This document shows, in pieces, positions 18,466 to 28,303 of a stretch of DNA of 64,000 bases. The position numbers and the translations under genes are program-made. The number at the start of each line of letters is the position of its first letter. Position 1 is the first letter of the stretch. The notes below the pieces were generated by a model. It made no database searches. It saw only the letters and a program-made list of their open reading frames with translations, and was not told the origin of the DNA. The DNA comes from an uncultured Actinomycetota bacterium (GTDB lineage Bacteria > Actinomycetota > Actinomycetes > CAVWCF01), in contig CAVWCF010000001.1 in assembly GCA_963753435.1 (NCBI GenBank), forward strand, positions 1,440,001 to 1,504,000. Direction: 5' to 3'.

Positions 18466-19167
18466 GTGGCTCTGACTCTGCGCAGCTGGGCTGCCCTCGC
18501 TGGGGCAGCCACCCTGGCTGCATCACGCCGGCAGCTGCCGCTTCTCTCGGTGGGCTCGACCAGAGTGTGCTCCAAACGGCGAATGAACCGCAGCGATCTT
18601 TGACGTCGTCGACCTCTTCGCCGGAGGCGGATCGCTTGCCGCACACATCGCCGACACTGGTCAGACCTGGACCGTCACGGTGGGCAGTTACACGGTCGGT
18701 AGCAACCAGATCTCCGCTGGCAGTTGGCTGGGCGCACGACCAGGCCCATGTCACCGGGCCAGGCGGCGACTACATCGCTTCGCTGTCTTTCACCCGAGCC
18801 TGGTTCCTGGGCCAAGGCGGCGGGTTGTGGCTCAACGGCAACGCCTCCGGAAACACCGGGGTATCTGTGGTCTGGTCATCGGGAGCCGGCGGCACGTTGA
18901 CGGTTACGCGCTACTTGTCCGGAACTGCGACGGTGCTGGATGACCGGACCGGAGTGGGGGCCCGGCAAGGCGTCGCGACCCCGCTCGCTGTGACGTTCGA
19001 TTGACAACTGCCGGTGAGTACACGGTGTTCGACGGCGCGCCCCCGGGTACAAGGTGACGCTTTCCGCTGCCGATCGGGCTGTGCTTGCACCCAACACCCG
19101 TATCGGGATTCGCGCGAGAACCCGCTCGTCACGACCGATGGCGAACTTTCGGGTGCTGACTCAGTGA
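18466..19167 (+). pseudogene. Secreted beta-rich (possibly lectin-like) protein broken by about five frame changes
   Basis: Segments in alternating frames: VALTLRSWAALAGAATLA / ITPAAAASLGGLDQSVL / DVVDLFAGGGSLAAHIADTGQTWTVTVGSYTV / HVTGPGGDYIASLSF..GGGLWLNG..GTLTVTRY..PLAVTFD / TAGEYTVFDG / YKVTLSAADRAVLAPNTRIGIR..ANFRVLTQ*. Confidence 0.6.
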
Positions 19168-19181
19168 CCGGCCGATAACCT

Positions 19182-19718
19182 GTGACCACTCCGCCGGCGG
19201 CCGGAAGCCAGCGAGGACCGGGCCCGACAAGTCGGCCGAAGTCGAGCGCACGTCTTGGTCGGCTGCTGTCGATCCTGGGCTGGGTGGCCGTCCTCGCCGT
19301 CGTGGTCGCTGCCTGGCCGGTTCGCTTCGGCGGTCACCTCGGATTGACCGTCGTGTCCGGGCAAAGCATGGCCGATACGTATCAGTCCGGCGACCTGGTG
19401 GCCACTTGGCGTACCGGCGACTACGTCGTTGGGGACGTGATCGTCTACCGGATCCCGGAAGGCGGTGCGGGTGAGGGCCTGCGGGTGGTCCACCGGGTTG
19501 TCGAGCAGCGATCGGATGGCAGCTACCGGACTCAGGGCGACAACACCGAGTACGCCGATCCATGGGTCCCGACGGCCGCGGACATCGACGGCCGGGTGGT
19601 TGCCGCAGTCCCCGGCGCGGGCACCTGGCTGACGTGGTTGGTGTCGCCACTGGCGCTGGTGCTGCTCGCGGCCGGGTGCCTCGCCGCTTGGGTGTACCGG
19701 CTGGTTGACGGCGGCTGA
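19182..19718 (+). CDS. Signal peptidase I, SipW/ER-type (S26B)
   Basis: TM helix then VVSGQSM (catalytic Ser), GDVIVY, VVHRVV (His rather than Lys), TQGDN; C-terminal TM helix. Confidence 0.88.
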   Translation: MTTPPAAGSQRGPGPTSRPKSSARLGRLLSILGWVAVLAVVVAAWPVRFGGHLGLTVVSGQSMADTYQSGDLVATWRTGDYVVGDVIVYRIPEGGAGEGLRVVHRVVEQRSDGSYRTQGDNTEYADPWVPTAADIDGRVVAAVPGAGTWLTWLVSPLALVLLAAGCLAAWVYRLVDGG

Positions 19719-19730
19719 GAGCATTACGTC

Positions 19731-20285
19731 ATGTCTGGTGCGAGGATGCGTGTCGCGCTCGTCGCGGGGCTTGTGGTGTTGATCGGTCTGGCGCTGATCG
19801 CACCTTCGCAACGCGCCGAGGACCGCGAGGTCGGGATTTCCGGCGTGCGCACGTACGCCGACCTCTCCCGTGACCACGTTTCGCCGCCCATCGAGTATGC
19901 GCAGACCCCGCCCGTGGGTGGTCCGCACGTGGACGAATGGCTGGCCTGCAACGGGGAGGTCTACGACGCGCCGGTCGCCGACGAGTCAGCGGTGCACAGT
20001 CTCGAACACGGCGCGGTCTGGGTCACCTATGCCGACTCGCTGTCCGCCGACGAGGTGGCATCGTTGGCGGACCGCGTCGAGGGCGGGGACTACCGATTCC
20101 TGTCGCCGTACCCGGATCAGGACAACCCCGTGATGCTCACCGCTTGGGGGCTGCAGTTGGCGGTGGAGTCGGTGGACGACCCGCGAATCGAGGAGTTCCT
20201 CGTCGCGTACTCCAACGGCCCACAGACCCCCGAGCCGGGCGCCACGTGCGACCAGCCGACTCAGGCGATGGATGAGGCCGTCTGA
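19731..20285 (+). CDS. DUF3105-domain secreted or membrane-anchored protein
   Basis: YAQTPPVGGPH, WLACNG, AVHSLEHGAVWVTY, LTAWG, PQTPEPGATC. Confidence 0.85.
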   Translation: MSGARMRVALVAGLVVLIGLALIAPSQRAEDREVGISGVRTYADLSRDHVSPPIEYAQTPPVGGPHVDEWLACNGEVYDAPVADESAVHSLEHGAVWVTYADSLSADEVASLADRVEGGDYRFLSPYPDQDNPVMLTAWGLQLAVESVDDPRIEEFLVAYSNGPQTPEPGATCDQPTQAMDEAV

Positions 20286-20342
20286 CCTGAGCCGCTGGGC
20301 GGATGCACGCGGTCGCAGCCGGACCGCCATTAGCCTGCCCAC

Positions 20343-21404
20343 GTGATCCGCCTGCGCAGCGACCTCAGCCAGTTGCCCGCCTACAAGCCGGGCCGCCCGC
20401 CGGTCGCAACCGACGGAGGCCGCGCGTTCAAGCTGTCGTCCAACGAGAACCCCTACCCGCCGCTGCCGAGCGTGCTGGCAGCGATCGCAGCGGCGTCTCG
20501 ATCCGTGAACCGGTACCCGGATCTGACCAGCGGCGAACTCACTGCCAGGTTGGCGCAGCGGTTCGGGGTCGATGCGGAACGCATCGCCGTCGGCACCGGG
20601 TCGGTGGCGTTGGCGCAGTACGCCGTGCAGGCGGTCGCCGGTCCGGGCGACGAAGTCGTGTTCGCCTGGCGTTCCTTCGAGGCCTACCCGATCCTCACCC
20701 GCATTGCCGGCGCCACGGCGGTACAGGTGCCCTTGGCCGGGGAGGCGCACGACCTGGACGCCATGGCCGCAGCGATCTCACCGCGGACGCGCGCGGTCTT
20801 CTTGTGCTCGCCGAACAACCCGACCGGGGTGGCCATCGGAGGGCAGGCCCTACGGGGGTTCTTGGCTCGCGTCCCGGCCGACACCCTCGTGGTTCTGGAT
20901 GAGGCCTACCGCGAGTTCGTCACTGACGCCGAGGTACCGGACGGTCTGAGCGTCGCCGCCGAGTACCCCAATGTGGCCGTGTTGCGCACGTTCTCCAAGG
21001 CCTACGGACTGGCCGGCCTCCGGGTCGGGTTCTTGGTCGGACCGCCGGAGCTGGCGGGCGCGGTGCGGTCGGTAGCCATTCCGTTCGGTGTCTCAGCGGC
21101 TGCTCAGGTCGCTGCGATCGCCAGCTTGGACGCCGAGTCGGAGCTGCTCGAACGAGTCACGGCTCTGGTGGCCGAGCGCGAACGCCTGAGCGCGGGGCTT
21201 GTCTCGGCGGGGTTCGACGTCCCGGCCAGTCAGGCCAACTTCGTCTGGGTGCGCCTGGGTCCGGCAACGGCTGAGTTCGCCGCCGCATGCGAGCAGCAAG
21301 GCGTGAGCGTGCGGGCCTTCGCCGATGAGGGCGTTCGGATCACGGCCGGGGAAGAAGAGGCAACCGATCGCGTGCTGGCGGTGGCCGCCGAATGGCGGGC
21401 CTAA
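20343..21404 (+). CDS. Histidinol-phosphate/aromatic amino acid aminotransferase (HisC/Pat-like)
   Basis: [34 protein letters not shown]. Confidence 0.9.
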   Translation: MIRLRSDLSQLPAYKPGRPPVATDGGRAFKLSSNENPYPPLPSVLAAIAAASRSVNRYPDLTSGELTARLAQRFGVDAERIAVGTGSVALAQYAVQAVAGPGDEVVFAWRSFEAYPILTRIAGATAVQVPLAGEAHDLDAMAAAISPRTRAVFLCSPNNPTGVAIGGQALRGFLARVPADTLVVLDEAYREFVTDAEVPDGLSVAAEYPNVAVLRTFSKAYGLAGLRVGFLVGPPELAGAVRSVAIPFGVSAAAQVAAIASLDAESELLERVTALVAERERLSAGLVSAGFDVPASQANFVWVRLGPATAEFAAACEQQGVSVRAFADEGVRITAGEEEATDRVLAVAAEWRA

Positions 21405-22328
21405 TCACCTGGTTTCGCCGCGCACGACGAGCAGCACACCGAGAACGGTGATGGTTCCGCCGACTATCAGCACGGCCGTGATGGGCTCGTCTCGTAGCAG
21501 CGAGCCCAGCAGGACGGCGATGATCGGGTTCACGTAGGCGTATGTGAACACCAGGGAAAGCGGCGCGCTGCGCACCAGCCAGACGAAGGCAGTGAACGCC
21601 AGGACCGACCCGATCAACACCAGGTACAGCCACGCCAGCAGTGACGCATTCGTCCAACTAGCCGGGTCCAAGCCCGCCCATTCCCCGCGGATCGTGCCGA
21701 GTGCCATCAGCAGCAGGCCGCCAAGCAGCATCTCGTAGACGGTGAGTACGAACGGGTCGGAAGGCAATGGCAGCCGCCCCGACAGCCAACTACCCGTGGC
21801 CCACGACATGGTGCCGGCGACGATCAGCAGCATCCACATCACCGGCGCGCCGAGGGCGCCTTCGGAAAGCGCCTCCGGACCGATCAGGATCGCCAGGCCG
21901 GCGAACCCGATTGCGATGCCCGCGAGCGTGGCCGGGCCGGGCCGATCACCGCTCATCCGGCGCAGTACGGCCGCCCATAGGGGCAACGCGGCGACCAGCA
22001 GGGCGGCGACGCCGCTAGGCACGCCGTTGAGCTCGGCGATCGCCACCGCCCCCAAACCGCCCGCCAGCAGCAGGGCCCCGACCACTGCCGCGCCGCGAAC
22101 CTCGGCTCCGGTGACCGCCAGCGCGCGGGGTCCCTGCCGCCATCGGACCAGCGCCGCCAGGATGCCCGCCGCCACGACGAACCGGCTGCCCAGCGACAGC
22201 AGTGGCGGCATCGAATCAACAAGGAACGCGATAGCCAGGTACGTCGACCCCCACACGACGTAGACCACCGAGAGGGCCGACCACACCAGGCCGCCCGGCG
22301 CGCGGCTGTCGGTTCGGGGGGTGGCCAC
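21405..22328 (-). CDS. EamA/DMT-family transporter
   Basis: VYVVWGSTYLAI, TYAYVNPIIAVLLG; about ten TM helices. Confidence 0.9.
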   Translation of the reverse strand: MATPRTDSRAPGGLVWSALSVVYVVWGSTYLAIAFLVDSMPPLLSLGSRFVVAAGILAALVRWRQGPRALAVTGAEVRGAAVVGALLLAGGLGAVAIAELNGVPSGVAALLVAALPLWAAVLRRMSGDRPGPATLAGIAIGFAGLAILIGPEALSEGALGAPVMWMLLIVAGTMSWATGSWLSGRLPLPSDPFVLTVYEMLLGGLLLMALGTIRGEWAGLDPASWTNASLLAWLYLVLIGSVLAFTAFVWLVRSAPLSLVFTYAYVNPIIAVLLGSLLRDEPITAVLIVGGTITVLGVLLVVRGETR

Positions 22329-22342
22329 CGGTGAAGACTCCC

Positions 22343-22378
22343 AGGACCAAAGTCACAGCGTGGCAAGACCGTTGGCCC
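22343..22378. promoter_or_regulatory. Tandem DosR/DevR-like boxes upstream of cydA
   Basis: AGGACCAAAGTCAC (22343-22356) and AAGACCGTTGGCCC (22365-22378), 22 bp apart, resembling GGGACNNNNGNCCC. Confidence 0.55.
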
Positions 22379-22455
22379 GGATCTAGGTGGCGTGGGTGCG
22401 GCATAGTTCCGGTTGGCCGTGCCTCCGGCCGGTTCGTGCGCTGAACGGAGTGTGC

Positions 22456-23865
22456 ATGGAAGCGTTGGATCTAGCGCGGTGGCAGTTCGGAATCACCACC
22501 GTCTACCACTTCCTATTTGTCCCCCTCACCATCGGTCTTTCCTTCTTGGTTGCCGGCCTGCAGACCGCCTGGGTCCGCACCGGCAACGAGAAGTACCTGC
22601 GGGCGACGAAGTTCTGGGGGCGGCTCTTCCTCATCAACTTCGCCATGGGCGTGGTGACCGGCATCGTGCAGGAGTTCCAGTTCGGCATGAACTGGTCGGA
22701 CTACTCCCGGTTCGTCGGGGACATCTTCGGCGCCCCGTTGGCCATTGAGGGCCTACTGGCCTTCTTCCTGGAGTCGACATTCCTTGGGCTGTGGATCTTC
22801 GGGTGGGATCGGCTCCCGAAGCGGATACACCTGGCGACCATCTGGGCCGCGGCGGTCGGCACGCTGCTGTCCGCCTACTTCATCCTCGCCGCCAACTCCT
22901 GGATGCAGCACCCTGTCGGCTACGAGTTCAACCCGGAAACGGGTCGTGCCGAACTGAATGACTTCGTGGCGGTTCTGACCAACTCCACGACTCTGATCAC
23001 GTTCCCGCACACGATCACCGCGGCGTTCCTGACCGCCGGCGCCTTCATGGCCGGCGTCGCGGCGTGGCACGTGATCCGCCGCCAGCACGACGACGTCATG
23101 CGCCCAAGCCTGAAACTCGGCCTGGTCACGATGCTCGTAGCGTCCATCGGAGTCATCGTCACCGGCGACATCCACGCCCGGATCATGACCGAGCAGCAGC
23201 CGATGAAGATGGCGGCGGCGGAGGCGCTGTACGAGACCACGTCCGGCGCCGGTTTCTCCGTCTTCACGCTCGGTACCCCGGACGGCAGCGAGGAGATATT
23301 CAGCGTTCGCATCCCCAAGTTGCTCTCGATCATGGCCACCGGCAGCCCCGACGGCACCGTCGAGGGGATCAACGACTTGCAGGCTCAGTACGAGGAGCAA
23401 TTCGGGCCAGGCAGTTACAAACCGAACATCCCCGTCACGTTCTGGTCGTTCCGGCTCATGATCGGATTCGGCGCCTTGGCCGGGCTGTGGGCCCTGTACG
23501 CGCTTTGGGCCACCAGGGGCGGTCGGACTCCGACCAGCCGCTGGTTCGCCTGGACGACGATCGCGGTCATCACCCTGCCGTTGCTGGCGAACTCATTCGG
23601 GTGGATCTTCACCGAGATGGGCCGCCAGCCGTGGACGGTCTTCGGCGTCCTGCAGACGATGGACAGCGTCTCTCCAGGCGTCAGCGCCGGTGAGATCTGG
23701 ACTTCAATGATCGGCCTGACGCTGCTGTACGGAGTCCTGGCGGTCATTGAGGTGGCGCTGTTGGTCAAGTACGCAAAGGCCGGGCCTCCGGAGCAAGTGG
23801 TGACCGAGCCCTACGACCCCGACTCCATCGACGACGAGGACCGCGTCCTCTACTTCGCGTACTGA
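22456..23865 (+). CDS. cydA: Cytochrome bd ubiquinol oxidase subunit I
   Basis: LARWQFGITTVYHFLFVP, EFQFGMNWS, QPMKMAAAE, EMGRQPW. Confidence 0.97.
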   Translation: MEALDLARWQFGITTVYHFLFVPLTIGLSFLVAGLQTAWVRTGNEKYLRATKFWGRLFLINFAMGVVTGIVQEFQFGMNWSDYSRFVGDIFGAPLAIEGLLAFFLESTFLGLWIFGWDRLPKRIHLATIWAAAVGTLLSAYFILAANSWMQHPVGYEFNPETGRAELNDFVAVLTNSTTLITFPHTITAAFLTAGAFMAGVAAWHVIRRQHDDVMRPSLKLGLVTMLVASIGVIVTGDIHARIMTEQQPMKMAAAEALYETTSGAGFSVFTLGTPDGSEEIFSVRIPKLLSIMATGSPDGTVEGINDLQAQYEEQFGPGSYKPNIPVTFWSFRLMIGFGALAGLWALYALWATRGGRTPTSRWFAWTTIAVITLPLLANSFGWIFTEMGRQPWTVFGVLQTMDSVSPGVSAGEIWTSMIGLTLLYGVLAVIEVALLVKYAKAGPPEQVVTEPYDPDSIDDEDRVLYFAY

Positions 23866-23875
23866 GGAGGCAGCC

Positions 23876-24901
23876 ATGGAACTGACCGACATCTGGTTTG
23901 TCCTCATCGCAGTGCTGTGGATGGGCTACTTCTTCCTGGAGGGCTTCGACTTCGGCGTCGGCATGCTGCTGCCGGTACTTGGTCGCACCGACAAGGAACG
24001 GCGGGCGATGGTGAACACCATCGGGCCGGTCTGGGACGGAAACGAGGTCTGGCTCCTGGTTGCCGGCGGCGCGACCTTCGCCGCTTTCCCGGAGTGGTAC
24101 GCGACGCTGTTCAGCGGGTTCTACCTGCCGCTGCTGTTGATCCTGGTCGCGCTCATCGTCCGTGGGGTCGCGTTCGAGTACCGGGGCAAGAACAACGACG
24201 AAACGTGGAAGAGCCGCTGGGATCTCGCGATCATCATCGGGTCGTTCGTGCCGTCACTGCTGTGGGGTGTTGCGTTCGCGAACATCGTCGCCGGTGTTCC
24301 CATCGACGCCGACGCGGAGTACACGGGCAACCTCTTCACGTTGCTGAACCCGTATGCCCTGCTGGGCGGCGTCACGACCACGGTCTTGTTCGCCTTCCAC
24401 GGCGCGCTGTTCACGGCGCTGAAGACCACCGGCGACCTGCGCGAGCGGGCCAACCACCTGGCCGGGCGGCTGGGCCTGGTGCTGCTGGTGCTGGCCGTGG
24501 CGTTCCTGGGTTGGACCCAACTCAGCCACGGCAAGACCTCGACGCTGATCACGATCGCAGTGGCGGCGCTGGCTCTTATCGGCGCGCTGCTGATGAACCG
24601 GGGTGGGCGTGAGGGCTGGGCGTTCGCGCTGACCGGGGTCACGATCGTCTTCGTGGTCGGCTCGCTGTTCCTGGCGTTGTACCCGAATGTGATGCCCAGC
24701 AGCACCGACGCCGCGTTCAGCCTTACGACCGAGAACGCCTCCTCCACCGACTACACGCTGCGGATCATGACGTGGGTGGCGGTCGTGTTCGTGCCGATCG
24801 TGCTGCTGTACCAGGGCTGGACCTACTACGTATTCCGCCGCCGCATCGGCGCTGACAACATCCCCGACCCGGCACCGGTGCTCACCGACCGCGCCGGGTG
24901 A
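23876..24901 (+). CDS. cydB: Cytochrome bd oxidase subunit II
   Basis: LEGFDFGVG, IGPVWDGNEVWL, RGVAFEYR. Confidence 0.97.
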   Translation: MELTDIWFVLIAVLWMGYFFLEGFDFGVGMLLPVLGRTDKERRAMVNTIGPVWDGNEVWLLVAGGATFAAFPEWYATLFSGFYLPLLLILVALIVRGVAFEYRGKNNDETWKSRWDLAIIIGSFVPSLLWGVAFANIVAGVPIDADAEYTGNLFTLLNPYALLGGVTTTVLFAFHGALFTALKTTGDLRERANHLAGRLGLVLLVLAVAFLGWTQLSHGKTSTLITIAVAALALIGALLMNRGGREGWAFALTGVTIVFVVGSLFLALYPNVMPSSTDAAFSLTTENASSTDYTLRIMTWVAVVFVPIVLLYQGWTYYVFRRRIGADNIPDPAPVLTDRAG

Positions 24902-24920
24902 GCGCTCGCCGCCGTCGACA

Positions 24921-26564
24921 GTGAGGCCGATCGACCCGCGCCTGCTGCGCTACGCCCGGGCCACCACCGGCTATCTCGCCGGCTCGGTGGCCCTAGGCGT
25001 TGTTGGGGCGCTGGCCATCGTCGCCGGTGCATTCGCCCTGGCCGACGTGATCAGCGGCGTCGTTGCTGGCGAACCGCTGCGAACGCAGCGCGCCGGCCTG
25101 GTGGTGTTGGTCGTTGTCGCATTGGTCCGGGGACTGGTGGCCTGGGTGGGTGAGGGCTGGGCCTACCGAACCGCTGCATCGGCCAAGGTGCAGTTGCGCC
25201 GGGCGGTCGCTGCTCGAGTCCTCGCCGACCCCGGTTCTTCCGGAGACCGGAGCCTGTCCGTCACCGCTACTCGCGGTTTGGACGCCCTCGACGCGTACTA
25301 CATGCGGTACCTGCCGCAGCTGGTCCTGGCGTTCCTCGTGCCGTTGGTTGTTCTCGTGGCAATCGTCACGCAGGACCTGCTGTCCGCGGTCATCGTGGCG
25401 GTGACGCTGCCTTTGATCCCGTTGTTCATGGCGCTGGTGGGGGTGGCCACCCGAGCAGCCACCGGCAAGCAACTGACGCGGCTTACGCGACTGTCCAACT
25501 TCTTCCTGGACCTGGTGGCCGGGTTGCCCACCCTCACCGTCATGGGACGCGCCAGTGCCCAGCAGCGCCGAGTGGCCGAGATGACCGAGGCGTACCGGAC
25601 GGCGACCATGCGAGTGCTGCGCATCTCGTTCCTGTCCGCGCTGGTTCTGGAACTGCTGGCCACGATCTCGGTGGCGCTGGTTGCGGTTTCCATCGGAGTG
25701 CGGATGGTGGAGTCCGGCCTCGACCTACGGACCGGGCTCGTCGTCCTGATCCTGGCGCCGGAGGCCTACCTGCCGTTGCGGTTGGTCGGGCTGCACTACC
25801 ACGCCAGTGCAGACGCCCTGGCTGCGGCGGATGAGCTGCTGGACGTCGTCGAAGCCGAAACCGAGCCGCGGGGGGACCGCTCGGCACCGAGTCTCAGCGA
25901 CGCTGAACTGCGACTCGACAACGTCACGGTGTCCTACCCCGATCGAGACGTGCCGGCTCTGCAGGACTTCTCGTTGGCCGTGGCGCCCGGAGAGACAGTG
26001 GCTCTCGTCGGGCCATCAGGATCGGGCAAGTCCACCGCTTTGGCACTTCTGCTCGGCTTCGAACGGCCTAGGCAAGGCCGCGTCTGGCTGCGCCAGGACG
26101 GTGCAGATCTTGATTTGGCTGAGGTCGACCCGGACTCGGTGCGGGCCCAGATTGCCTGGCTGCCGCAACTGCCGGTCCTGTTCGGACCCACCCTGCGCGC
26201 GGCCCTGACCGCGGGATCCCCGGCGGATGAGGCCCGCCTGCAGGAACTGCTGCAGCGGGTTGGCATGGCCGACGCTGTGGCCAACCTGCCGGACGGGTTG
26301 GAGACCAAGCTGCCGGAACGTCTGCCGCTTTCAGCCGGCCAGCGCCAACGGCTGGCGATCGTGCGAACCCTCTTGCGCCCGGCACCGGTACTACTCCTCG
26401 ACGAGCCGACCGCTGGTCTGGATGGATCGACCGAACGACAAGTCCTTGACCTACTGGCCGCCGAGTGTGCGGGCCGGACCACGGTGCTCGTTGCGCACCG
26501 GCCGACCCTGTTGGAGTTGGCTGACCGCCGGGTGCGCGTCGAAGCCGCGGCGGTTGTGACATGA
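24921..26564 (+). CDS. cydD: Thiol-reductant ABC exporter CydD
   Basis: MRPIDPRLL, YLPQL, TMRVLRISFLS, LAPEAYLPLR, Walker A GPSGSGKS. Confidence 0.92.
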   Translation: MRPIDPRLLRYARATTGYLAGSVALGVVGALAIVAGAFALADVISGVVAGEPLRTQRAGLVVLVVVALVRGLVAWVGEGWAYRTAASAKVQLRRAVAARVLADPGSSGDRSLSVTATRGLDALDAYYMRYLPQLVLAFLVPLVVLVAIVTQDLLSAVIVAVTLPLIPLFMALVGVATRAATGKQLTRLTRLSNFFLDLVAGLPTLTVMGRASAQQRRVAEMTEAYRTATMRVLRISFLSALVLELLATISVALVAVSIGVRMVESGLDLRTGLVVLILAPEAYLPLRLVGLHYHASADALAAADELLDVVEAETEPRGDRSAPSLSDAELRLDNVTVSYPDRDVPALQDFSLAVAPGETVALVGPSGSGKSTALALLLGFERPRQGRVWLRQDGADLDLAEVDPDSVRAQIAWLPQLPVLFGPTLRAALTAGSPADEARLQELLQRVGMADAVANLPDGLETKLPERLPLSAGQRQRLAIVRTLLRPAPVLLLDEPTAGLDGSTERQVLDLLAAECAGRTTVLVAHRPTLLELADRRVRVEAAAVVT

Positions 26565-28303
26565 ACACGGTTACCGACGGCGAACTCGCGGCGGGGGAAC
26601 CGCTGCCGTTGCGGGGTCTCACGCGGGCGAGCCGGGCCCGCCTGGCGGGCGCGGTCGGCCTGTCCGGGTTGGCGACCGGCGCCGGTGCCGCGCTCCTGAT
26701 GGTTTCGGCGTGGCTGATCACCACCGCGTCGTTCGCGCCGCCGATTCTGACGCTCACCGTCGCGGTCGTGGCGGTGCGGGCTCTGGGCATCAGTCGCGGG
26801 GTCTTCCGGTACGCCGAGCGCCTCGCCGCTCACGACGCCGGCTTCCGGTTCTTAGCCTCGGTCCGGCAGGCGGTCTACGGCCGACTCGCGCAACTCTCGC
26901 CAACCCGGACGCGGGATCTGTCTGACGGGCAGGTGCTGACTCGCTTCGTCGCCGACGCCGACGCAATGGCTGACCTGTACATCCGGGTGCTGGTACCGCT
27001 GGGCGGCTTCGCCCTCGTTGTCGGGGGCCTCCTGGTGGTCAACGGGCTGCTGCTGCCGGCCGCCGCGGTGGTCCTGTTGCTGGTTCTGGGCCTGGGTGCG
27101 GTCGTCGCACCCGCCCTAACTGCGGCCTCGGCGCGCCGGGCTGAGGGCGCGGCGGCGGAGGATCGCGGGGTCCTCACCCACCAGTGGGTCACGATGCTGC
27201 GCGGCCAGCGGGAGATCCAGGCGTTCTCGGCAACCACCGCGACTCTTGACGCCATGGCGGCCACGGAAGCTCGGCTGGTGCGCTCGGCTAGCCGGTCGGC
27301 CTGGTCGGTTGGCGTGGGCTCGGCCATCGGCCAATGGGCGCTGGGTCTAGGTGTGGTCCTGATGGTTATGGCCACCGCGCCGGCCGTCGAGCGAATCGGC
27401 GGTCCGGTGTTCGCGGTTCTCGTGTTCAGCGTGCTGGCGTCGGCAGAGATCGTGGCGACGACTCCGGCCGGGGCGGTTGCCGCACTTCGGGTTCGGGGCG
27501 CGGCTAGGCGCCTGGCTGACATCCTTGGCCGGCAGCCGGTGTCCGCCGGGCCGGTGATTCCGGCCGCCGAAGGGGAGCTCGTGACGGCGTCGAACCTCGG
27601 CCTGCGGTGGGCTGAGGACGCTCCCGAGACGATCAAGGGATTGGACCTGGTACTTCGGCGGGGTTCCCGGATCGGGCTGGTTGGGCCAAGCGGTTCGGGC
27701 AAGTCGACCACGCTCTACGGGTTACTCGGTCTGCTGCCGGTCACCGGCACCCTCGGAATCAACGGAGCCGACGACGCCGGGCAAGTGCGCGCTCAGGTGA
27801 CCGCTGCCATGCAGGACGCCTACGTCTTCGACACGACGCTGCGGGAGAACCTGCGCCTGGGCGACCCGGACGCAACGGACGAGCAGTTGCTGTCCGTGCT
27901 AGGTCGAGTCCACCTGGCCGAATGGGTGGCCGGGCTGCCGCGTGGGCTGGACACGCTGGTCGGGACCGACGGCATTCGGTTGTCCGGCGGGCAGCGGCAA
28001 CGCGTGTGTCTGGCCCGCGCGCTACTGCGTCCAGTCCCGGTGCTGCTGCTCGACGAACCGGCGGAGCACTTGGACGTCGCCACCGCCGACGCGCTGCTGG
28101 CCGATGCCCTCGCCGCCGCGGACGACCGAGCTGTCGTCGTTGTCAGCCATCGGCTCCGGGGACTGACCGCTGTGGACGAGGTCCTGGTGATCGCTGACGG
28201 GCGAGTAGTCGAGCGGGGGACGCCGCCTGCATTGTTGGACGCCGGGGGATGGTATTCACAGCAGTGGCACGACGAACGCCTCAGAGATCAGGAGCCCGAG
28301 TGA
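26561..28303 (+). CDS. cydC: Thiol-reductant ABC exporter CydC
   Basis: SAWLI, VRALGISRGVFRYAERLAAHD, LSGGQRQR. Confidence 0.92.
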   Translation: MNTVTDGELAAGEPLPLRGLTRASRARLAGAVGLSGLATGAGAALLMVSAWLITTASFAPPILTLTVAVVAVRALGISRGVFRYAERLAAHDAGFRFLASVRQAVYGRLAQLSPTRTRDLSDGQVLTRFVADADAMADLYIRVLVPLGGFALVVGGLLVVNGLLLPAAAVVLLLVLGLGAVVAPALTAASARRAEGAAAEDRGVLTHQWVTMLRGQREIQAFSATTATLDAMAATEARLVRSASRSAWSVGVGSAIGQWALGLGVVLMVMATAPAVERIGGPVFAVLVFSVLASAEIVATTPAGAVAALRVRGAARRLADILGRQPVSAGPVIPAAEGELVTASNLGLRWAEDAPETIKGLDLVLRRGSRIGLVGPSGSGKSTTLYGLLGLLPVTGTLGINGADDAGQVRAQVTAAMQDAYVFDTTLRENLRLGDPDATDEQLLSVLGRVHLAEWVAGLPRGLDTLVGTDGIRLSGGQRQRVCLARALLRPVPVLLLDEPAEHLDVATADALLADALAAADDRAVVVVSHRLRGLTAVDEVLVIADGRVVERGTPPALLDAGGWYSQQWHDERLRDQEPE

